Both the position numbers and the translations under genes were made by a program. A stretch of 32,000 nt of DNA, from assembly GCF_001457615.1 (NCBI RefSeq), contig NZ_LN831024.1, positions 2,610,001-2,642,000 on the forward strand, in the 5' to 3' direction. The stretch is from Pseudomonas aeruginosa (lineage in GTDB: Bacteria > Pseudomonadota > Gammaproteobacteria > Pseudomonadales > Pseudomonadaceae). The notes under the pieces are model-generated. The model saw only the letters and a list, made by a program, of their open reading frames with translations, was not told where the DNA came from and did no database searches. Of the stretch, positions 26,169 through 32,000 are shown piece after piece. Within the stretch, counting starts at the first letter, position 1. Every line of letters starts with the position of its first letter.

Positions 26169-27494
26169 TCAGAGCGTGAGGGTGAAGCGCCCGGTCAGCG
26201 CGCCCGGCAGGTGCGTCGAGTCGGTCTGGCGTTCGCCGTAGGTATTGCTGGACAGGCGCAGTTCGCGCTCGTGGCTGAGGTCTTCCAGGTGGGCGCCGAG
26301 GAAGCTGTACAGGCTGTCGTCGAAGCGCATGGTGCTGACCGGTGCCCGGATCTGGCCGTTCTCCACCCAGAAGGTGGCGAAGCGGGTCATTCCGGTCAGG
26401 CGCGCGGCGGGCATGTCCGAGTAGTTCAGGTACCACAGGTTGCCGATGTACAGGCCGGTATCCAGGGCCTCGAGGATGCGCGCCTGCTCCAGGCTGCCGC
26501 CGGCCATGTCCAGCGCCGTGGGCGCCTCGTTGGCGCCGGCGCCATTGGCTACCAGGCCGTATTCGCGGGCGCTGCGCGAACTCACCAGGCGTCCGCTCAG
26601 GCGGCCGTTGCCGACCAGTTCGACCTCGGCGCGCGGCGAGCCTTCCGCGCTGAATGCCGGGGAGGGCGAGGTGGCAGGGCGCTCGGCGAGGTTCAGCAGC
26701 GGGCTGAGCAGGGCGTCGCCGTTCTGCAGGCGTTGCAGGGGGCTTTCGCCGGTAGCCAGGGCGCGCGCGGAGAAACCGCCCCAGCAGAGCATCTGCATGA
26801 CTTCCTCGAGCGCCGCCGGCGCCAGGTAGGCGCGATAGTCGCCGGGGCGCAACTGGCGCAGCGGCTTGCCCAGGTGGCCGAGCTGCTCCCGGGCCTGTTC
26901 GAAGCGCCGGGCGAAGGCTTCGTCGTCCCAGCGCTGGCCGGCGTAGTCGGCCTTCACCGCCTGGCCGTTGCCATGGAACAGGCTCCAGTCGAAGTTGAAG
27001 CTGCTGCCGGCATGCCAGCCGAAGGCGCCCCAGGAGTTGGCGAAGCCACGGAACAGCGGTCCGGCGGCATAGATGCCGACCAGGTCGAGGTCGCGCGCCC
27101 GGCGTTCGAGGCTGGCCAGCAGCGCGCCGCTGTCGGGCGCTGCGCCGAGGTCCTGGTTCTCTCGCTGCCAGGCCGAGGTGTCGAGCAGCAGATAGGGATC
27201 GGCGGGAATCCAGGCCAGGCTCTGGCGCAGTTGCCGAAGGCCTTCGACCAGACGCTGGCGGTCTTCTTCCGGCGCGCCGGAGAGCGTCAGGTCGAGGCTC
27301 GCCTGGCGTTCGTCGCGGATCAGCCGGAGCAGCGCGCTGGCCTGGCGCACCCGACCGGCCTGGCGCACCCGCGCCCGGTTGAAGCGGATGAACTCGGAGT
27401 CCTCGGCGCTGTACCAGAGGGTGAAGTCCTCGCCCTCGGCCAGGTGTCGGCGCAGGTCCTCGGCGAGGGCTTCGAAATGCTGTCTCTGGTGCAT
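26169..27494 (-). CDS. PmbA/TldE-like (TldD partner) metalloprotease-family protein
   Basis: Only the 441 aa from ATG 27494 (MHQRQHFEALAEDL...) are coding. The ATG overlaps the TldD-like stop (TGATG). The C-terminus is PmbA_TldD-fold-like (GLYIGNLWYLNYSD...TGMTRFATFWVENGQI). It has no HExxxH motif. Confidence 0.75.
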   Translation of the reverse strand: MHQRQHFEALAEDLRRHLAEGEDFTLWYSAEDSEFIRFNRARVRQAGRVRQASALLRLIRDERQASLDLTLSGAPEEDRQRLVEGLRQLRQSLAWIPADPYLLLDTSAWQRENQDLGAAPDSGALLASLERRARDLDLVGIYAAGPLFRGFANSWGAFGWHAGSSFNFDWSLFHGNGQAVKADYAGQRWDDEAFARRFEQAREQLGHLGKPLRQLRPGDYRAYLAPAALEEVMQMLCWGGFSARALATGESPLQRLQNGDALLSPLLNLAERPATSPSPAFSAEGSPRAEVELVGNGRLSGRLVSSRSAREYGLVANGAGANEAPTALDMAGGSLEQARILEALDTGLYIGNLWYLNYSDMPAARLTGMTRFATFWVENGQIRAPVSTMRFDDSLYSFLGAHLEDLSHERELRLSSNTYGERQTDSTHLPGALTGRFTLTL

Positions 27495-28927
27495 CAGGCG
27501 TCTCCCCCGAATACGTCCACATCGCTGAATACGCAGGCCGGCGAGGCGTGGCCGACACGGATCACCTGGTTCGGCTCGCCCTTGCCGCAGTAGGGGGTGC
27601 CGAGCACCTCGAAGGTGCCGGCGTCGCCCACCGCGCTGAGGTTGCGCCAGAACTGCGCGGAGATGCCCCGGTAGTTGGGGTTCTTCACCACGCCCTTGAG
27701 TTCGCCGTCCTCGATCAACTGGCCCCATTCGCAGCCGAACTGGAACTTGTTGCGTGCGTCGTCGATCGACCAGGAGCGGTTGTAGGACATCAGCACCCCG
27801 CGCTCGATACCGCCCACCAGCTGCGCGAAGCTCTTGTCGCCGGGCTCCAGGTTGAGATTGGCCATGCGGTCGATGGGCGCGCGGTTCCAACTGCTGGCGC
27901 GGCTGTTGGCGACGCCCTCCAGGCCGCTGCGGTGTTGCGACAGGGCGCCGCCGAGCGGGCGCAGCAGGCGGCCTTCGCGGATCAGGTATTCCTTGCGCGC
28001 GGGGCTGCCGTCGTCGTCCTGGCGGTAGCTGGCCAGCTCCTCGGGGATTTCCGGGTCGAAGCTGACGTTGAGCAGGCTGGAGCCGTACTGGTAGCGACCG
28101 AAGTCCTCGGTCTTGATGAAGCTGGTACCGGCGTAGTTGCGCTCGTCGCCGAGGATGCGATCCAGCTCCAGCGGGTGGCCGATCGACTCGTGGATCTGCA
28201 GGATCATCTGGTCCGGCATCAGCAGCAGGTCGCAACGGCCGCTCGGGGTGTTCGGCGCCGCCAGCAGTTGCAGGGCCTGGTCGGCGATGCGCGGCGCGGC
28301 GCCGACCAGGCCGAGGCGCTCGATCACTTCGGCGCCGCCCTGCTGGCCGGCATGGTGGCCGCCGAAACTGCGGGTCTGGCTGTCATGGCCGTCGTAGGCG
28401 GTGACGCTGGCGCCGGGATAGACGAAGCGCTGCTCGTGGTATTGCTCGGCGCCGGCGCTGTTCAGGTAGAGCTGTTCCTGGCGGCTGACTTCGAGGAATA
28501 CGCTCCAGTTCACCAGGCGCTCGTCGCGCGGCACCTTGGCGGACTCCTCGGCGAGCAGTTCGTAGCACTCGGCGAGGGAGGGGAAAGGGGCGTCCTGGTT
28601 CGGCGAGCGATACTGCGAGCGGCCGCTTGCCGGCGGCAATCCGCGGACGTCGAACAGGGCGTGCCGGGCGATCCGCTCGGCTTGCCGCTCGGCCTGCTCC
28701 AGGGCGGCCTGCAGGCCGGCCGCGGAGAGATCGTTGGTGGCGGCGTAGGCTTCCACGCCGTTCAGCCGTACGCAGAGCATGGCGCCGCGGTCCTGGCTGA
28801 AGTGCGGCGGTTCGCTGACGTTGCGGCGCACCGAGAGGTACTCGCCGCTACGCTGGACGTAGCGCAAGGAGTGGAATTCGGCGCGGCTGCGGAGCGCCGC
28901 GAAGCGGTGTTTCAACGGGTCGATCAT
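27494..28927 (-). CDS. TldD-like zinc metalloprotease
   Basis: 477 aa. It carries the HExxxH-type motif IHESIGHPLELD and a C-terminal GxC motif region (GTPYCGKGEPNQVIRVGHASP) typical of TldD. Confidence 0.8.
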   Translation of the reverse strand: MIDPLKHRFAALRSRAEFHSLRYVQRSGEYLSVRRNVSEPPHFSQDRGAMLCVRLNGVEAYAATNDLSAAGLQAALEQAERQAERIARHALFDVRGLPPASGRSQYRSPNQDAPFPSLAECYELLAEESAKVPRDERLVNWSVFLEVSRQEQLYLNSAGAEQYHEQRFVYPGASVTAYDGHDSQTRSFGGHHAGQQGGAEVIERLGLVGAAPRIADQALQLLAAPNTPSGRCDLLLMPDQMILQIHESIGHPLELDRILGDERNYAGTSFIKTEDFGRYQYGSSLLNVSFDPEIPEELASYRQDDDGSPARKEYLIREGRLLRPLGGALSQHRSGLEGVANSRASSWNRAPIDRMANLNLEPGDKSFAQLVGGIERGVLMSYNRSWSIDDARNKFQFGCEWGQLIEDGELKGVVKNPNYRGISAQFWRNLSAVGDAGTFEVLGTPYCGKGEPNQVIRVGHASPACVFSDVDVFGGDA

Positions 28928-29078
28928 CTGTGCGTCCCTGGCCGATTGCGGAGTGGGCGAGTGCAGGACGCTCTATTTCAAGCCTTCGCCCGTAACGGAG
29001 CAAGCCGTTTGTTGTCATAGCCTGGTGCCAGGCTGCGGGTGGCTCGCCGAAGCATGCGGGCGGAATGCCTAACTATCG

Positions 29079-29105
29079 GTAAAGCAAGGGTAAATAGCGG
29101 GTAAA
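29079..29105 (+). promoter_or_regulatory. three phased GTAAA direct repeats (CpxR-type response-regulator boxes)
   Basis: GTAAA occurs at 29079-29083, 29090-29094 and 29101-29105. The period is exactly 11 bp and each copy is preceded by G(G). The array ends 6 nt upstream of a putative -35. Confidence 0.6.
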
Positions 29106-29111
29106 GAGGCT

Positions 29112-29139
29112 TTGCCTGGGCCCCCGCAATGCTTATCGT
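29112..29139 (+). promoter_or_regulatory. putative sigma70 promoter of muxA
   Basis: TTGCCT (29112-29117), 16-nt spacer, TATCGT (29134-29139). It lies 45 nt upstream of ATG 29184. Each hexamer matches the consensus at 4 of 6 positions. Confidence 0.3.
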
Positions 29140-29183
29140 GCAGCCTGGAAAAAGCGCCTCCGTTCTAAGCCTGAAGAAGAACC

Positions 29184-30464
29184 ATGACTCCAACGACCGG
29201 TAAATCCAAGTTCCGTACCCTGCGCCCGTGGCTGATCACCGCCCTGGCCTTCGCCGCCGTGATCGGCCTGGTGATGTGGCTGGCGGCGCCCGCCTCGGCA
29301 CCGTCCTCCGACGGGCGACCCGGTCGCGGCGGCAAGCCGGGCGCCGCGCTGCCCAAGGCCAACGCGCTCACCGTCGGCGTGGCCAGGGTGGAGCAGGGCG
29401 ACCTGGCGCTGCATTTCAACGCGCTTGGCACCGTCACCGCCTTCAACACGGTGAACGTCAAGCCGCGGGTCAACGGCGAGCTGGTCAAGGTGCTGTTCCA
29501 GGAGGGGCAGGAGGTCAAGGCCGGCGACCTGCTGGCGGTGGTCGACCCGCGTACCTACAAGGCGGCGCTGGCCCAGGCCGAGGGCACGCTGATGCAGAAC
29601 CAGGCGCAACTGAAGAACGCCGAGATCGACCTGCAGCGCTACAAGGGGCTGTACGCCGAGGACTCGATCGCCAAGCAGACCCTGGATACCCAGGAAGCCC
29701 AGGTCCGCCAGTTGCAGGGCACCATCCGTACCAACCAGGGCCAGGTCGACGACGCCCGCCTCAACCTGACCTTCACCGAGGTCCGCGCACCGATTTCCGG
29801 GCGCCTCGGCCTGCGCCAGGTGGACATCGGCAACCTGGTCACCAGCGGCGATACCACGCCGCTGGTGGTGATCACCCAGGTCAAGCCGATCTCGGTGGTG
29901 TTCAGCCTGCCGCAGCAGCAGATCGGCACCGTCGTCGAGCAGATGAACGGCCCCGGCAAACTGACGGTCACCGCGCTGGACCGCAACCAGGACACGGTTC
30001 TCGCCGAAGGCACCCTGACCACCCTGGACAACCAGATCGACACCACCACCGGCACGGTCAAGCTCAAGGCGCGCTTCGAGAACGCCGACGGCAAGCTGTT
30101 CCCCAACCAGTTCGTCAACGTGCGCCTGCTGGCGCAGACCCTCAAGGGCGTGCTGACCATTCCGGCCAACGCCGTGCAGCGCGGCACCAACGGTATCTAT
30201 GTGTACGTGGTCGGCGCCGACAACAAGGTCAGCCAGCGCAGCGTCGCCATCGGCACCAGCGAGAACGAGCGGGTGGTGGTGGAAAGCGGCCTGAAGGCCG
30301 GCGAGCAGGTGGTGGTGGAAGGCACCGACCGCCTGCGCGACGGTATGGAAGTGCGTGTCGCCGAGGCCTCCCCGCAGGTCCTCGAGGGCGAGCCGCAGAA
30401 ACCGCAGACTGGCCGCCCCAGCGGCCTCCAGGGCGACTCGGTGGGTAGCGGGAGCGCTGAATGA
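29184..30464 (+). CDS. muxA: RND efflux periplasmic adaptor (membrane fusion protein), MdtA-like
   Basis: 426 aa. It has an N-terminal anchor, a lipoyl/hairpin region ([34 protein letters not shown]...), and [13 protein letters not shown]. Its stop overlaps the next ATG (ATGA). Confidence 0.9.
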   Translation: MTPTTGKSKFRTLRPWLITALAFAAVIGLVMWLAAPASAPSSDGRPGRGGKPGAALPKANALTVGVARVEQGDLALHFNALGTVTAFNTVNVKPRVNGELVKVLFQEGQEVKAGDLLAVVDPRTYKAALAQAEGTLMQNQAQLKNAEIDLQRYKGLYAEDSIAKQTLDTQEAQVRQLQGTIRTNQGQVDDARLNLTFTEVRAPISGRLGLRQVDIGNLVTSGDTTPLVVITQVKPISVVFSLPQQQIGTVVEQMNGPGKLTVTALDRNQDTVLAEGTLTTLDNQIDTTTGTVKLKARFENADGKLFPNQFVNVRLLAQTLKGVLTIPANAVQRGTNGIYVYVVGADNKVSQRSVAIGTSENERVVVESGLKAGEQVVVEGTDRLRDGMEVRVAEASPQVLEGEPQKPQTGRPSGLQGDSVGSGSAE

Positions 30465-32000
30465 ACCCGTCCCGCCCGTTCATCCTGCGGCCGGTCGCGA
30501 CCACCCTGCTGATGGTGGCGATCCTGCTCTCGGGCCTGATCGCCTACCGCTTCCTGCCGATCTCGGCGTTGCCGGAAGTGGACTACCCGACCATCCAGGT
30601 GGTCACCCTGTACCCCGGCGCCAGCCCGGAGATCATGACCTCGTCGATCACCGCGCCGCTGGAGAACCAGCTCGGGCAGATTCCGGGGCTCAACGAGATG
30701 TCTTCCAGCAGTTCCGGCGGCGCCTCGGTGATCACCCTGCAATTCAGCCTGCAGAGCAACCTCGATGTCGCCGAGCAGGAGGTCCAGGCGGCGATCAACG
30801 CCGCGCAGAGCCTGCTGCCCAACGACCTGCCGAACCAGCCGGTGTTCAGCAAGGTGAACCCGGCGGACGCGCCGATCCTGACCCTGGCGGTGATGTCCGA
30901 CGGCATGCCGCTGCCGCAGATCCAGGACCTGGTGGATACCCGCCTGGCACAGAAGATCTCGCAGATCTCCGGGGTCGGCCTGGTCAGCATCAGCGGCGGC
31001 CAGCGCCCGGCGGTGCGGGTGCGCGCCAACCCGACGGCGCTGGCGGCGGCCGGGCTGAGCCTGGAGGACCTGCGCAGCACGGTGACCAGCAACAACCTCA
31101 ACGGCCCCAAGGGCAGCTTCGACGGCCCGACCCGTGCCTCGACCCTGGACGCCAACGACCAGTTGCGCTCGGCCGACGCCTACCGCGACCTGATCATCGC
31201 CTACAAGAACGGCTCGCCGCTGCGCATCCGCGACGTCGCCAGCGTCGAGGACGACGCCGAGAACGTGCGCCTGGCCGCCTGGGCCAACAACCTGCCGGCG
31301 GTGGTGCTGAACATCCAGCGCCAGCCGGGGGCCAACGTGATCGAGGTGGTCGACCGGATCAAGGCGCTGCTGCCGCAGCTGCAATCGACCCTGCCGGGCA
31401 ATCTCGACGTGCAGGTGCTGACCGACCGCACCACCACCATCCGCGCCTCGGTCAAGGACGTGCAGTTCGAGCTGGCGCTGGCGGTGGCGCTGGTGGTGAT
31501 GGTCACCTTCCTGTTCCTGCGCAACGTCTACGCCACCCTGATTCCCAGCTTCGCCGTGCCGTTGTCGCTGATCGGCACCTTCGGCGTGATGTACCTGTCC
31601 GGCTTCTCGATCAACAACCTGACCCTGATGGCGCTGACCATCGCCACCGGCTTCGTGGTCGACGACGCGATCGTCATGGTGGAGAACATCGCCCGCTACC
31701 TGGAGCAGGGCGACTCGCCGCTGGAAGCGGCGCTCAAGGGCTCGAAGCAGATCGGCTTCACCATCATCTCGCTGACCTTCTCGCTGATCGCCGTGCTGAT
31801 CCCGCTGCTGTTCATGGGCGACGTCGCCGGGCGGCTGTTCCGCGAGTTCGCCATCACCCTGGCGGTGGCGATCCTGATTTCCGGCTTCGTCTCCCTGACC
31901 CTTACGCCGATGCTCAGCGCCAAGCTGCTGCGCCACATCGACGAGGACCAGCAGGGCCGCTTCGCGCGCGCCGCGGGGCGGGTCATCGATGGCCTGATCG
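30461..32000 (+). CDS. muxB: RND efflux inner-membrane transporter, MdtB-like (5' part; continues beyond the window)
   Basis: Not in the ORF track because there is no stop in the window. ATG 30461 gives [47 protein letters not shown]...[14 protein letters not shown], the canonical AcrB/MdtB N-terminus. Confidence 0.9.
   Translation, partial: MNPSRPFILRPVATTLLMVAILLSGLIAYRFLPISALPEVDYPTIQVVTLYPGASPEIMTSSITAPLENQLGQIPGLNEMSSSSSGGASVITLQFSLQSNLDVAEQEVQAAINAAQSLLPNDLPNQPVFSKVNPADAPILTLAVMSDGMPLPQIQDLVDTRLAQKISQISGVGLVSISGGQRPAVRVRANPTALAAAGLSLEDLRSTVTSNNLNGPKGSFDGPTRASTLDANDQLRSADAYRDLIIAYKNGSPLRIRDVASVEDDAENVRLAAWANNLPAVVLNIQRQPGANVIEVVDRIKALLPQLQSTLPGNLDVQVLTDRTTTIRASVKDVQFELALAVALVVMVTFLFLRNVYATLIPSFAVPLSLIGTFGVMYLSGFSINNLTLMALTIATGFVVDDAIVMVENIARYLEQGDSPLEAALKGSKQIGFTIISLTFSLIAVLIPLLFMGDVAGRLFREFAITLAVAILISGFVSLTLTPMLSAKLLRHIDEDQQGRFARAAGRVIDGLI

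Noticed and set aside
8828-31936. Long antisense ORFs (8828-10627, 12634-14346, 14876-16786, 16726-18054, 19217-20278, 22690-24180, 26211-27593, 27548-29020, 30197-31936 and many shorter ones)
   Set aside because: All lie opposite genes with recognisable conserved motifs. They translate to Arg/Ala/Gly/Pro/Asp/Gln-rich low-complexity sequence and lack start-site context. Such ORFs are expected because stop codons are rare in GC-rich DNA.

Overview
Very GC-rich chromosomal DNA with strong third-position GC bias. It looks like Pseudomonas aeruginosa core genome. From memory only, the gene order matches PAO1 PA2552 down to PA2527 in inverted orientation; I could not check this. I support 27 CDSs. 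In order they are: an acyl-CoA dehydrogenase 3' fragment, a LysR regulator divergent from a second acyl-CoA dehydrogenase, a possible unannotated 63-aa ORF, a TerC/Alx-family membrane protein, a PstS-like/OmpA-like fusion, a LysR regulator divergent from a VOC/glyoxalase enzyme, xthA, a GNAT-like protein, tamA-tamB, a six-gene lipid operon, an aldo-keto reductase divergent from a LysR regulator, an alanine/glycine:cation symporter, tpx, a Tat-signal aminotransferase, a coupled TldD/PmbA-like pair, and muxA plus the start of muxB. I saw no tRNA, rRNA, CRISPR array, IS or prophage. The best candidate for an undescribed system is the operon at 14448-20305. It encodes a CDP-alcohol phosphatidyltransferase with a non-canonical motif, an alpha/beta-hydrolase::methyltransferase fusion, a PAP2::CX5R-phosphatase fusion, a small membrane protein, a PlsC-type acyltransferase and a CdsA paralogue. 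It resembles E. coli ynbABCD with two extra genes and sits directly downstream of tamAB. Other notable points are three phased GTAAA (CpxR-type) boxes upstream of muxA, a twin-arginine signal on a HisC-like aminotransferase next to the TldD/PmbA pair, an SD-sequestering leader upstream of the TerC gene, and REP-like GGGCGGATA palindromes. All calls rest on reading the sequence and ORF translations. No database search was run.
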